A stretch of DNA of 64,000 bases from Flavisolibacter sp. (GCA_028288675.1 JAQBNG010000127.1:21654-85653); one strand, 5' to 3'. Shown: positions 29,457 through 39,375, counted from the first letter of the stretch. A program made the numbers and translations. The notes: generated from the sequence alone by a model not told the origin.

Positions 29457-30263
29457 TTATGCATTAATACAAACCACAGGCAGCGAAACTTCGCCTACAA
29501 TTTCCGACGTGTGTCCTTTAAGAAACAACCGCTCGTATAAATTGTGTTTGTGTGGCAGCAGCATTAATAAATCAGCCCCGCTTTGCGATAAATAATTTGT
29601 AATTCCCTCAGTAACATCCTTGCTTTTTATTGCATGGTAAGTTGTTGGCAACGGTGCAAACAGGTCTATTAGACTTTGTTGCGATGTAGATACTTCTTCT
29701 TCATCGGTTTCTACATGCACAATATGCAGTTGTGCCTTTAATGCAGTAACAAAAGAAGAAATTTTTTGTACCGGTATTTTGTCTGCACCAGTGCTATCAA
29801 CAGCCACTACAATATTTTTCGGTGCAGTGGCTCTACTGCCTTCGGGCACTGCAATTACAGGGTTCGAAGAATTTTTCATCAGTGGTACCGTATCATTCCC
29901 CAGCAAAAACTTTTCTAAGCCGCTTTGCTTCTGCGTACCTGTTACAATGCACAATGTATCCCGCTCTTTTACAATGGCTTCTATCGCATCTGCGGTATCA
30001 CCCAACCGGCTTTCGGTTTCAAATTGTACAGCAGTAAACTTTTTTTGCGCTTCGGCTTTTATTCCGCTTAATCCTGCTTCGGCAGCGTTTTTTAAATCAT
30101 CAACCGATACCATCAGCACCGGGAAATCGTTCATGCTTACGGGCAATTGATATACATTAAGTAAAAGTATTTTACTGCCTGTAACGGTTGCCAGGCTTAC
30201 GGCATAAGAGATGGCCACATCTGTTGCGGGAGAAAAATCGGTTGAAACAATAATTGTCTTCAT
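29457..30263 (-). CDS. Tandem-domain universal stress protein
   Basis: MKTIIVSTDFS, second domain NIVVAVD, SLPVVCI. ATG 30263 preferred. Confidence 0.9.
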   Translation of the reverse strand: MKTIIVSTDFSPATDVAISYAVSLATVTGSKILLLNVYQLPVSMNDFPVLMVSVDDLKNAAEAGLSGIKAEAQKKFTAVQFETESRLGDTADAIEAIVKERDTLCIVTGTQKQSGLEKFLLGNDTVPLMKNSSNPVIAVPEGSRATAPKNIVVAVDSTGADKIPVQKISSFVTALKAQLHIVHVETDEEEVSTSQQSLIDLFAPLPTTYHAIKSKDVTEGITNYLSQSGADLLMLLPHKHNLYERLFLKGHTSEIVGEVSLPVVCINA

Positions 30264-30338
30264 ACTGCAAAGGTGGAAAGATTGGAAAGAAGTTTCGTTC
30301 ATACCCTTATTTAATTATTCCCACTTCATAAGATCCCC

Positions 30339-31955
30339 TTATTCTGCTTTATAATACAGCAGTACAAAAGGCTGTACCGTATCCATTGAAACCAATTTTT
30401 GCGCAGGGAAAATTTTTAAAACCGCAGAATCCTGCAAATGTGTTGCAAGGAGTAGGCGGCTTCCTTTTTTCATCCATGATAAAGAAGCAGGTTGGCCCGA
30501 AAAGCTATAAGCCGCCTGGCCGTTTACCAAAGCATAACGCCGTAGGCCATTATCTGTAGTCACCAGCGCCCAGCCACCTTCTTTTTTATTCAATACAGTA
30601 AGATTTGAAACAACTTTTTTTACAGGACTGCTTACCCGGTTATAACTTCTTATTTCACCGGCATTTACTGTTTGCTTTATCGTAAAATAAATGCCATGGA
30701 AACATTCAAACACAAACAGTAAAAAAAAGCCGTTCCTTATAATTTTGAAGCCGTTGAATTTGAATACAAAAAGGAACAAGACCAGTTGCAACGCTATCAT
30801 AGGAATTAAAAACGAACGGGCATCGGTTACAAAAGTCCATAAGCCTGCAGCCGATTTATATGAGAACGATTGATAGGTAAGCGACAGGTAAAAGGCAATA
30901 CCGGCAAGTGTAGCCGCAACGGCTGTAATGATGCGGATGATTTTACGCACCGGTCTTTTTCTATAGAGAAGCAAAGTTGCCATTAAAGCTGTAAACAGCA
31001 ATACATCTATTACTCTGAATGCTATCATTATTTTACTGAAAGGAACACGTAAAATCTTTTCTAACTGCACGCCCCAAAAGTTAGTATTGATAAAAGAAGA
31101 ACTGATAAAAGGATATGTGGATAGAAGGTTTTGCGGATAAAATCCTTTAATGGAAACACTGCCGTCGTTTGTTGCCGCAGATGCGTGAAAAGGGGGCAAC
31201 TGCTGTGCAGGAAGAAGAATTAAATAATACGCACTAACCGCGGTAAGTGACAGCAGGAGTAGCAGGCAGGCAAACTGAAGCCAGGCAGCCTTTCTTTTTT
31301 TTTCTATCAGCCAAATAAACAAGGCAGAAAGAAAAACACCAACCAGCGGAGCGTAAATTAGTTTGGTAAGGCACACGCAGCTAATAGAAAGAGCCAGCAA
31401 CAACGTAATAACAAACCGGTTAGGAGATTGTATAAAACGATAGCTGTAATAAATGCTCCATAATGTAAACGCGGCAGCAAAAGTGTCTTTAGGGCCGGCA
31501 TCCAGCTCATGCGGATACAAGAAAAAAGCCGTGCAAAGGATAAATAAATTTGTAAGCCAGGGTTTGGCAAAAACAACCATGGCTACTTTATAGATCGCTG
31601 TAAAAAAGAGCGTCCATCCTAAAAAAGAAAGAAGTAGTTGTGTAATATAGTAAGAGGAGGTAAGCCATAAAAAAGGCGCGGCAAGCAGCGAATATAACGG
31701 CGAATAAACAGCAGGATTATACACCTGTCTTGTAACGCCGTTTTCAATCAGGCTAACAGGTTCAGAAAGTATGCTTGTCTGTCTGAAGCTTTCCGCGAAT
31801 AACAGGTACAAAGATTTATCACCGTCAAGGTTACTATATATCCATGCAATTAAACATTTGGCTACTACTGCAACTGCAATACATAAAAGGCTTACCCGTC
31901 GGGTATTAAAAGCTGATTTTACAAAAGATAACCAGAGGTTTTTTGATGAAAACAT
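30339..31955 (-). CDS. Multi-pass membrane protein, possibly a GT-C-fold glycosyltransferase
   Basis: About 12 hydrophobic segments with an acidic first loop (DGDKSLY) and a soluble C-terminus. Function unconfirmed; the track starts at 32012. Confidence 0.45.
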   Translation of the reverse strand: MFSSKNLWLSFVKSAFNTRRVSLLCIAVAVVAKCLIAWIYSNLDGDKSLYLLFAESFRQTSILSEPVSLIENGVTRQVYNPAVYSPLYSLLAAPFLWLTSSYYITQLLLSFLGWTLFFTAIYKVAMVVFAKPWLTNLFILCTAFFLYPHELDAGPKDTFAAAFTLWSIYYSYRFIQSPNRFVITLLLALSISCVCLTKLIYAPLVGVFLSALFIWLIEKKRKAAWLQFACLLLLLSLTAVSAYYLILLPAQQLPPFHASAATNDGSVSIKGFYPQNLLSTYPFISSSFINTNFWGVQLEKILRVPFSKIMIAFRVIDVLLFTALMATLLLYRKRPVRKIIRIITAVAATLAGIAFYLSLTYQSFSYKSAAGLWTFVTDARSFLIPMIALQLVLFLFVFKFNGFKIIRNGFFLLFVFECFHGIYFTIKQTVNAGEIRSYNRVSSPVKKVVSNLTVLNKKEGGWALVTTDNGLRRYALVNGQAAYSFSGQPASLSWMKKGSRLLLATHLQDSAVLKIFPAQKLVSMDTVQPFVLLYYKAE

Positions 31956-32133
31956 AAACGGGCGAAAGATACTATGAATGAAAGGAAAGAACTGATGGCG
32001 CAGGATGAACAATTAGTTTTTTACAATGCTCCATGCATTAGCTTGTTTATAAAAATAAATATATGCCCTTCACTTTCCCAAGAGCAGTTGTGGAAATGCT
32101 TTATAAAACCATCTTACTCACAAATCAACTTTT

Positions 32134-32646
32134 ATGGCTGCTATTCAACCGCACTCCTCTTCATCAAAACAAAAGTCGCATTCGCTGAAAATTGACATGA
32201 CTCCAATGGTTGATCTCGGCTTTCTACTTATTACATTTTTCATCTTTACCACCTCTATGGCGGAGCCCAAAATTATGAAACTGATGATGCCGGCTAATGG
32301 CGAACCAGCTCCCGTAAAGGAAAGCAAAACCGTTACAGTGCTGCTTGATAAAGACAAAGTGTACCTGTACGCCGGTGCATGGAAAGATGCACTGGCAACG
32401 AACACCATCCTTGAATCAAACTATCATGTAAAGACAGGCCTTGGAAACTTTATCCGGCAAAAACAAAAAAGCCTGGAACAAAAAGGGCAGAAGGAAGACC
32501 TGGTATTTATCATCAAGCCGTTGCCTTCTTCCTGTTACCAAAATATAATAGCCGCTTTGGATGAAGTGCTTATTAATAACCTGCATTATTATGCCATTGT
32601 GGATATAACTGAGGAGGAAAAAAGCTTTGCTGAAAAGAAGCGCTAA
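32134..32646 (+). CDS. exbD: ExbD/TolR family biopolymer transport protein
   Basis: KIDMTPMVDLGFLLITFFIFTT. Confidence 0.9.
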   Translation: MAAIQPHSSSSKQKSHSLKIDMTPMVDLGFLLITFFIFTTSMAEPKIMKLMMPANGEPAPVKESKTVTVLLDKDKVYLYAGAWKDALATNTILESNYHVKTGLGNFIRQKQKSLEQKGQKEDLVFIIKPLPSSCYQNIIAALDEVLINNLHYYAIVDITEEEKSFAEKKR

Positions 32647-32732
32647 GCATCGCTTTTAATAGAACATGCCGTTTGTATTTTGTGTGCAGCATCGGCTGTA
32701 AATTTGAAGTTCATTAGTAAAAAATTGCTTTT

Positions 32733-33674
32733 ATGAACATACCCGTAGTTGACCTGGCTGATTTTTTAAGTGGCGATGAAAGCCGCAAGCAAAGCTTTGT
32801 ACAATCCTTAGGCAAGGCATATGAAGAAGTTGGCTTTGTAGCAGTAAAAAACCACGGCATTCCTGATGATTTGATTGCCGACTTATACAAATACGTACAA
32901 CAGTTTTATGCCCAATCCGATGATGTGAAACTTAGTTACGAGAAAAAAGAACTGGCCGGGCAGCGGGGCTACACTTCTTTTGGCCGTGAACATGCCAAAG
33001 GTTTTGATGCGCCGGACTTAAAAGAATTCTTTCAATACGGACAGGAAGTGGCAGACGGTGAAAAGACAGAAGACTACCCCGATAATGTAACCGTAAACGA
33101 GATACCGCAATTCACACCGACTCTTCATGAGGCTTACAGGGCTTTTGAAAAAAGCGGTACCGCTTTGCTGCAGGCCATCGCTATTTATTTAGGGTTGGAT
33201 GAACATTATTTTGATAAGTGGGTGCATAATGGAAATTCTATTTTAAGAGCCATTCATTACCCGCCAATTAAGGGAGAACCAAAATCGGCCATCCGTGCAG
33301 AACAGCATGAAGACATTAACCTGATTACTTTATTAGTAGGCGCTTCTGCCGATGGGTTACAAATACTTACCAAGCAAGGCGAGTGGGTTGGCGTAACCTC
33401 TTTACCTGAACAAATTGTAGTAAACGTTGGCGATATGCTGCAACGTTTAACCAATAATAAATTGCGTTCTACCACCCACCGTGTGGTGAACCCGCCAAGA
33501 GAGCTTTGGGGCACATCCCGCTTTTCTATTCCTTTCTTTTTGCATCCTAAAAGCGAAATGAGCCTGGCATCGCTGGAAAGCACCATTGATGAAAGCCATC
33601 CAAAGGCATATGAAGACGCAACGGCGGGAGAGTATTTGGATGAGAGGTTGAGAGAGATTGGATTAAAAAAATAA
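32733..33674 (+). CDS. Isopenicillin N synthase family 2-oxoglutarate/Fe(II) dioxygenase
   Basis: HEDINLITLL (HxD), NVGDMLQ, THRVVNP, RFSIPFF (RxS). Confidence 0.9.
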   Translation: MNIPVVDLADFLSGDESRKQSFVQSLGKAYEEVGFVAVKNHGIPDDLIADLYKYVQQFYAQSDDVKLSYEKKELAGQRGYTSFGREHAKGFDAPDLKEFFQYGQEVADGEKTEDYPDNVTVNEIPQFTPTLHEAYRAFEKSGTALLQAIAIYLGLDEHYFDKWVHNGNSILRAIHYPPIKGEPKSAIRAEQHEDINLITLLVGASADGLQILTKQGEWVGVTSLPEQIVVNVGDMLQRLTNNKLRSTTHRVVNPPRELWGTSRFSIPFFLHPKSEMSLASLESTIDESHPKAYEDATAGEYLDERLREIGLKK

Positions 33675-33698
33675 ATACATAACCAGCCTTATTAAATT

Positions 33699-33726
33699 AA
33701 AAAGCGCCATCGAAGGCGCTTTTTTC
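33699..33726 (+). terminator. Intrinsic terminator
   Basis: AAAAAGCGCC-ATCGAA-GGCGCTTTTTT. Confidence 0.8.
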
Positions 33727-33854
33727 ATTGCCGTTTGTCAAGTTATTCTACCAGATAAAAATTTCCAATAATTTTTTATTTCGCCTAAAGCGTTAGTAAT
33801 CAACCCTTAGTTACCCAGAACAGTAATTTGCTTCCTAAGCAACTATAAAAAATA

Positions 33855-33897
33855 TGGTACTATATTTTGTATAGTACCAAACGTAACCATATCTTTG
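33855..33897 (+). promoter_or_regulatory. padR promoter (-33 TTTG, 20-nt spacer, -7 TATCTTTG) overlapped by a perfect palindromic operator
   Basis: TGGTACTATA-TTTTG-TATAGTACCA (33855-33879). TTTG at 33866-33869, TATCTTTG at 33890-33897. Confidence 0.75.
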
Positions 33898-33981
33898 CCT
33901 TGTCAATCAATCAACATATATCAGCCGAACCTGGGAACTCTGCAAAACGCAGAGTTGGAGGGGAAGCAAAAAAAAGAAATC

Positions 33982-34326
33982 ATGAACATTGAAAATACAC
34001 AGAGCCAGATGAAGAAGGGCATTTTGGAGTTCTGCATTCTCTCTATAATCCGCCGGGGCGAGGCCTACCCCAGTGATATTGTGGAAGAAATGCGGGGAGC
34101 CAACATGAGCATCCTGGAAGGAACGCTTTACCCCTTACTAACCCGGTTAAAAAATGCAGAAATGCTAACCTACCGCTGGGAAGAAAGCAATTCCGGTCCT
34201 CCACGTAAATACTTCTCCTTAACTGAAAAGGGTGGAGCATTTTACAAAGAGCTGCAGGAAACCTGGATAGAACTTTCCAACGCGGTGAATGCCTTAACCA
34301 AAAAAACAGAAGAACCCCATTCCTAA
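33982..34326 (+). CDS. PadR family transcriptional regulator
   Basis: QMKKGILEFCILSII, EGTLYPLLTRL, GPPRKYF. ATG 33982 preferred because the track start lies inside the promoter. Confidence 0.93.
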   Translation: MNIENTQSQMKKGILEFCILSIIRRGEAYPSDIVEEMRGANMSILEGTLYPLLTRLKNAEMLTYRWEESNSGPPRKYFSLTEKGGAFYKELQETWIELSNAVNALTKKTEEPHS

Positions 34327-34345
34327 CAACTTCAACCAACCACAA

Positions 34346-36535
34346 ATGAAAAAGATTATCAACATAAATTTATACGGAAGGGTAATTCCTATTGAGGATG
34401 CCGCTTACGATAGTTTGCAACGTTATATAGAAAGTTTGCGCCGCTATTTTGCTAAGGAAGAAGGCCGCGATGAAATTATCAATGATATTGAAAGCCGCAT
34501 TTCGGAGCTGATGAATGATAAAATAAAGAAAGGCGCTCCTTGTATTACCGAAACAGATATAGCTGAAATTATCGGGGCAATGGGAAGGGTAGAAGATTTT
34601 GAAGCTGCCGACCGCAATGAAAGCATGGGAGCTTCGGAAAATACCACCGGTACCACCGGTCCTTCATCAACTTATTACCAGCAAAGCGAAAGAAAAAGAT
34701 TTACCGGCCGCTTGTACAGAGATGGCAACGATAAATTTCTCGGTGGTGTGTGCAGTGGAATTGCTGCCTATATGAATGTAGATCCCACAGTGGTTCGTTT
34801 AATTTTTGGCATTATCACTTTCGGTGGCTTCGGCCTTGGTATTCCGGTGTATTTGCTACTTTGGATTGTACTGCCCATTGGCAATAGTGGTGGTTATGTA
34901 GGCAAGCGCTTCTTTCGTAACCCCGACGACCAGATATTAGGTGGTGTTTGCGGCGGCCTGGCGGCTTACTTCAATAAAAGCGCTGCTACCATTCGCCTCA
35001 TATTTGCCGCACCACTTATTTTAAATATTGTCATCAGTGTACTTAACGGCATTTTCAACTTTGGCGATTTTGATTTCGGCGTAGTTGATATTGCTTTCGG
35101 CTCACTTACATCAACCTTTATTATTGCTTACATTATTCTTTGGATAGTACTGCCAATGGCACGCAGCCCGTATGACAAAATGGAAATGCGTGGAGAGAAA
35201 GTGGATGTAAACCGTATTCGTCAAAATGTGCAGGAAGGCATGGGCGATTTTAAAACCCGTGCAAAAGACTGGGGCGATGAGGTAAGAAGCGCAGCACAAA
35301 AAATGAGTGCGAGGGCACAGGAATTTACCCGCACACAAGGCGCCGATTTTGCGTCAGACTTTAAAAACACCGCCAGACCAATAGGCAATGGTATTGGTCA
35401 TGCCATCGGCGTGCTTTTTAAGTCCTTTTTCTTATTTATTGCCGGTGTTATTGCGTTCTTCCTTTTTGTAGTGGTGTTAATTTTTGTCTTTGGTGGTGTA
35501 GCCAAGCCTGTAAACAGTTATCTGCTGGACGGCCTTTGGCAGAAAGTTTCCATGTGGGGAGTAGTGATTTTCTTTTTGGCCGTACCATTGATAGCTATCA
35601 TTACTTGGATTATTCGCCGGATAATGAAAGTCCGTTCTCAAAAAAGCTACTTGGGCTGGACGTTTGGTGGCTTATGGACGATAGGCTGGATTTGCCTTCC
35701 CATCTTTGTTTCAAGCTTGGTAAGAGACTTCACCCGTTATATAGAACGCACCGAAACGCCGATAGCTCTTGTACAACTTGGTATGAATAAAATGATAGTG
35801 CAGGTACCCGGCGATCCTGTGCAATATAGTGGCAACTTTTCTTGGATAACATTCGATAACGATAATACCGGTTGGGATATTACTGATGACTCACTCAAAC
35901 TTTCCAACATACGTATAGAAGTGCAAAAAAGCGAGGATAGTTTATACCATGTAACCGTACTTAAATACAGCGCAGGCCTCAACCGGAATGTAGCACTGCA
36001 GCGTGCCGATAAGATTGCCTACACCGTTACCAATATAGATAGTGTTCTTCAATTAGGCAGCGGCTTTGGTATCAGCGAAGGTGAAAAATTCCGCGGCCAA
36101 AGAGTGCTGGTGGAAATTAAAGTACCCGTTGGCAAACAAATCCGCTTCGACAACTCGGTGGGCGAAAAACTTAACCCATATGATATTCGTGTGGGGGAAA
36201 CTGAAAACTATAACAGAAGGCGCAATTGGAATCGCAGGGACTTTCGTTTTGAATGGGATAACAACCGCTATTACGATTGGCAACCCGATACAGATTATTA
36301 TATGACAGCCAGCGGGGATCTTAAACAAGTGGGAATGCCTGAAACTGAAAAACCAGCTGTACCGGATAGCGACCAAAGAGATTCTATCTACAAAATATTA
36401 CTGGATTCTTTAATAAAGAGTAAGCAACAGGACACCTATGTGCAGCCCGAAGATGAAGAAACCACCAAAACAAAGGCAATTGGCGGCGATTTACCTACCC
36501 CGGTATCAATGCCTTTTATACCCACAATATTTTAA
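34346..36535 (+). CDS. PspC-domain membrane protein of the Bacteroidota envelope-stress type
   Basis: N-terminal MKKIININL...EIINDIESRISEL domain, two PspC repeats (RLYRD...LGGVCSG; RFFRN...LGGVCGG), extra TM helices and an extracytoplasmic domain. Confidence 0.88.
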   Translation: MKKIININLYGRVIPIEDAAYDSLQRYIESLRRYFAKEEGRDEIINDIESRISELMNDKIKKGAPCITETDIAEIIGAMGRVEDFEAADRNESMGASENTTGTTGPSSTYYQQSERKRFTGRLYRDGNDKFLGGVCSGIAAYMNVDPTVVRLIFGIITFGGFGLGIPVYLLLWIVLPIGNSGGYVGKRFFRNPDDQILGGVCGGLAAYFNKSAATIRLIFAAPLILNIVISVLNGIFNFGDFDFGVVDIAFGSLTSTFIIAYIILWIVLPMARSPYDKMEMRGEKVDVNRIRQNVQEGMGDFKTRAKDWGDEVRSAAQKMSARAQEFTRTQGADFASDFKNTARPIGNGIGHAIGVLFKSFFLFIAGVIAFFLFVVVLIFVFGGVAKPVNSYLLDGLWQKVSMWGVVIFFLAVPLIAIITWIIRRIMKVRSQKSYLGWTFGGLWTIGWICLPIFVSSLVRDFTRYIERTETPIALVQLGMNKMIVQVPGDPVQYSGNFSWITFDNDNTGWDITDDSLKLSNIRIEVQKSEDSLYHVTVLKYSAGLNRNVALQRADKIAYTVTNIDSVLQLGSGFGISEGEKFRGQRVLVEIKVPVGKQIRFDNSVGEKLNPYDIRVGETENYNRRRNWNRRDFRFEWDNNRYYDWQPDTDYYMTASGDLKQVGMPETEKPAVPDSDQRDSIYKILLDSLIKSKQQDTYVQPEDEETTKTKAIGGDLPTPVSMPFIPTIF

Positions 36536-36576
36536 GCTAGGTTGAAGTTGGTCATGCAAGGGCATGAGAACTTGAG

Positions 36577-36603
36577 GCTCCCAAGAAATTGGGAGCTTTT
36601 TTT
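36577..36603 (+). terminator. Intrinsic terminator after the PspC gene
   Basis: GCTCCCAA-GAAA-TTGGGAGC-TTTTTTT. Confidence 0.85.
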
Positions 36604-36763
36604 AACCACGGATTAGTGAGATTTTTAGCAGGATTAGCAGGAGTGTACAAAGTGTTTATTTTTTTACTATTCAAATCGTATCGCTATAATGATACCACAT
36701 AAAGACTATTTTGCTTTAAAGGACATCCGCTAATCTTTTTTCAATCCTGCTAATCAGCGGTTA
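36603..36763. mobile_element. MITE-like miniature inverted-repeat element with GGATTAGCA units
   Basis: Left end TAACCACGGATTAGTGAGATT versus reverse-complemented right end TAACCGCTGATTAGCAGGATT (16 of 21 identical). Internal GGATTAGCA repeats; no ORF. Confidence 0.6.
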
Positions 36764-36769
36764 TTTTTG
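36762..36769 (+). promoter_or_regulatory. -7 promoter box for gcvT
   Basis: TATTTTTG, 16 nt before the ATG, overlapping the right end of the inverted-repeat element. Confidence 0.55.
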
Positions 36770-36785
36770 CCTCCAAATTTTATAC

Positions 36786-37874
36786 ATGAAGAGTACACCT
36801 TTCACCCAAAAGCATATTGAACGCGGCGCTAAAATGGCGGAGTTTGCAGGATACAATATGCCTATAAGTTACAGTGGTATCAACGAGGAGCACCATGCTG
36901 TTCGCCGCAATGCCGGTGTGTTTGATGTAAGCCACATGGGTGAATTTATTTTAAAAGGTGAGAACGCATTGGACCTTATTCAAAGAGTTACTACAAACGA
37001 TGCCTCAAAGCTTACTGCCGGTAAAGCGCAATACAGTTGCCTGCCTAATAAGGAAGGCGGCATTGTAGATGATTTGTTGATCTACTGTGTTGAAGAGAAC
37101 AAAGTTTATATGATTGTAGTGAACGCCAGCAACATTGAAAAAGACTGGAACTGGATTCAGCAGCATAACGATAAAGGCGTGGAGATGCACAACATTTCTG
37201 AAGCGACGTGTTTGCTTGCCATACAAGGGCCAAATGCGACAAAGATCTTGCAGTCGTTGACAGAGATGGATATCTTGAACTTAAAATATTACACGTTTAC
37301 AAAAGGCGAATTTGCCGGTGTAAAAAATGTGCTGGTTAGCGCCACAGGTTATACCGGCGCCGGTGGCGTTGAAATTTATTTTGAAGACAAGGATGGCGCT
37401 GCCGATAAAATATGGAACGCCATTTTCAGCGCAGGAGAGGCACAAGGTTTAAAACCAATTGGACTGGCTGCAAGAGATACGCTTCGTTTAGAAATGGGCT
37501 TTTGCTTATACGGAAATGATATAGACGATACCACTTCTCCCTTAGAAGCTGGCTTAGGCTGGATAACAAGACTGGCTAAGGAAAGCTTTACGTCTAAAGA
37601 GATATTCCAGGCACAAAAAGAAGAAGGCATCAAGCGCAAACTGGTAGGTTTTGAAATGGTTGATAAAGGCATTCCGCGTAACCATTATGAGATTTGCGAT
37701 AAAGACGGGACGGCTATCGGCTATGTAACATCCGGTACGCAATCGCCAAGTTTAGGTAAAGCAATTGGGATGGGCTATGTGCAGATGGCACAGTCATCAA
37801 TTGACTCTACTATTTATATAAAAGTGCGGGATAAGTTGTTGCAGGCGAAGGTGGTAAAAATGCCGTTTGCGTAA
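36786..37874 (+). CDS. gcvT: Glycine cleavage system aminomethyltransferase T
   Basis: [41 protein letters not shown]. Confidence 0.98.
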   Translation: MKSTPFTQKHIERGAKMAEFAGYNMPISYSGINEEHHAVRRNAGVFDVSHMGEFILKGENALDLIQRVTTNDASKLTAGKAQYSCLPNKEGGIVDDLLIYCVEENKVYMIVVNASNIEKDWNWIQQHNDKGVEMHNISEATCLLAIQGPNATKILQSLTEMDILNLKYYTFTKGEFAGVKNVLVSATGYTGAGGVEIYFEDKDGAADKIWNAIFSAGEAQGLKPIGLAARDTLRLEMGFCLYGNDIDDTTSPLEAGLGWITRLAKESFTSKEIFQAQKEEGIKRKLVGFEMVDKGIPRNHYEICDKDGTAIGYVTSGTQSPSLGKAIGMGYVQMAQSSIDSTIYIKVRDKLLQAKVVKMPFA

Positions 37875-37904
37875 AGGCATGATTACATTCGGTAAATTTG
37901 ATTC

Positions 37905-38141
37905 ATGGAAAATTTATTAAGCAGAATAACGATAGATCCTGAAATATGTAATGGCAAGCCAATCATCCGAGGTAAGCGAATTACAGCTTCTACTATTTTG
38001 GAATTTCTATCTGCAGGTGAATCGCATGAAGAAATATTAAAACAATATCCTTCGTTAGAGGAAGCTGATATTGCTGCTTGCCTGTTTTTTGCTTCTCAAA
38101 TACTGAAACATAACTACACCATCCATAATCTCGTTGCCTGA
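37905..38141 (+). CDS. DUF433 antitoxin-like protein
   Basis: RITIDPEICNGKPIIRGKRIT...EEILKQYPSLEEADI. Confidence 0.9.
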   Translation: MENLLSRITIDPEICNGKPIIRGKRITASTILEFLSAGESHEEILKQYPSLEEADIAACLFFASQILKHNYTIHNLVA

Positions 38142-38482
38142 TGCCTGTCTATTTAGTAGACGTAAACCTGCCCTATTATTTTTCTCTTTGGCATACTGCC
38201 GATTTTGTTTTTGTAAGAGATTTGAATGATGAATGGAAAGACAGTACCATCTGGAATTATGCTTTGGAAAATAAGCTGATCATCTTAACAAAAGATACCG
38301 ACTTTTTTGACCGCGTGCTGGTAGCGAAGGTCCATCCGAAGGTGATTCACATTTCCTTCGGTAATGTGTTAATGAAAGAATTTTTCTCGATCATAGAAAA
38401 AGTATGGACTCAAATTTTGGCGCTTGAAAATCAATATCACCTAATTAAAGTGTACAAAGATAAAATCGTGATTATAAAATAA
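38141..38482 (+). CDS. DUF5615 PIN-like putative toxin
   Basis: YLVDVNLP, DSTIW, ILTKDTDF. TGATG coupling to DUF433. Confidence 0.85.
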   Translation: MPVYLVDVNLPYYFSLWHTADFVFVRDLNDEWKDSTIWNYALENKLIILTKDTDFFDRVLVAKVHPKVIHISFGNVLMKEFFSIIEKVWTQILALENQYHLIKVYKDKIVIIK

Positions 38483-39210
38483 TGAATAAACCAACTCTCC
38501 ATACCTGCCTCTCCCCTGCGCTTTTACATTTATACGATGTAAAGAACACGGTTGTTGTAGTTATTGATATACTCCGTGCCACATCAACTATCGCCACTGC
38601 TTTGTACAATGGCGCAAAAGAAATAATACCCGTTGACAGTATAGAAAGATGCATTCAGCTAGGAACCCAAATTGAATGTATCACAGCCGGCGAACGCGAT
38701 GGACAAATTGCTGCGGGATTGCAATATGGCAACTCATCATTTGAATATCCTGAGAGTTTTATCAAAGGAAAAGTTTTAGTGCTTACAACAACCAATGGCA
38801 CTAAGCTTTTACATATGGCCCTGGCCAAAGGCGCAACGGAAATTATTACCGGAGCCTTCTTAAACCTATCGGCAGTTTGCGATCATTTGATAGCCATGAA
38901 TAAGAATGTGATACTTGGCTGCGCCGCCTGGAAGGATAAGCCAAATATTGAAGACACCCTTTTTGCCGGCGCTGTTGTAGCAAGAATAAAAGAACATTTT
39001 AGCATGAACTGCGATGCTTCTCATATTGCAGAACACCTATACAATTTTGCCAAAGGTGATATGTACGAATTTATGAAGACGAATGACGCTTCGCATTACC
39101 ATCGCTTAACCAATTTTGGACTGGAAAAAGACATCCGGCATTGCTTAACTATTGATGTGGCAAATGTGTTACCGGAGTATGTGGATGGGAAGCTGGTAGT
39201 TCAGAAATAA
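38482..39210 (+). CDS. 2-phosphosulfolactate phosphatase (ComB) family protein
   Basis: VVIDILRATST, AGERDG, GNS, LTTTNGT, EDTLFAG. Confidence 0.9.
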   Translation: MNKPTLHTCLSPALLHLYDVKNTVVVVIDILRATSTIATALYNGAKEIIPVDSIERCIQLGTQIECITAGERDGQIAAGLQYGNSSFEYPESFIKGKVLVLTTTNGTKLLHMALAKGATEIITGAFLNLSAVCDHLIAMNKNVILGCAAWKDKPNIEDTLFAGAVVARIKEHFSMNCDASHIAEHLYNFAKGDMYEFMKTNDASHYHRLTNFGLEKDIRHCLTIDVANVLPEYVDGKLVVQK

Positions 39211-39317
39211 CCTATTCCTCCAGCTGTTTCCTTAAAGAAATTTAACGGTAAAATAGTATCAATTCATTCCACTTTACGGCAAAGTTTCATTTAGTTTTGT
39301 CGATTGGCCTTTTTGGT

Positions 39318-39370
39318 CAATTGGCAATAAGCAACCCTTTTGTCAATTGCAAATTGCCGATTGCAAATTG
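39318..39370. repeat. NNGCAAT heptamer inverted repeat upstream of the SNF2 gene
   Basis: CAATTGGCAATAAGCAAC ... ATTGCAA ATTGCCG ATTGCAA ATTG. Confidence 0.75.
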
Positions 39371-39375
39371 ATTCC

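Noticed and set aside
39340-39375. N-terminal extension MSIANCRLQIDS of the SNF2 protein
   Set aside because: It is the translated heptamer repeat. The ATG at 39376 is the more plausible start, so it is not counted as a coding insertion.
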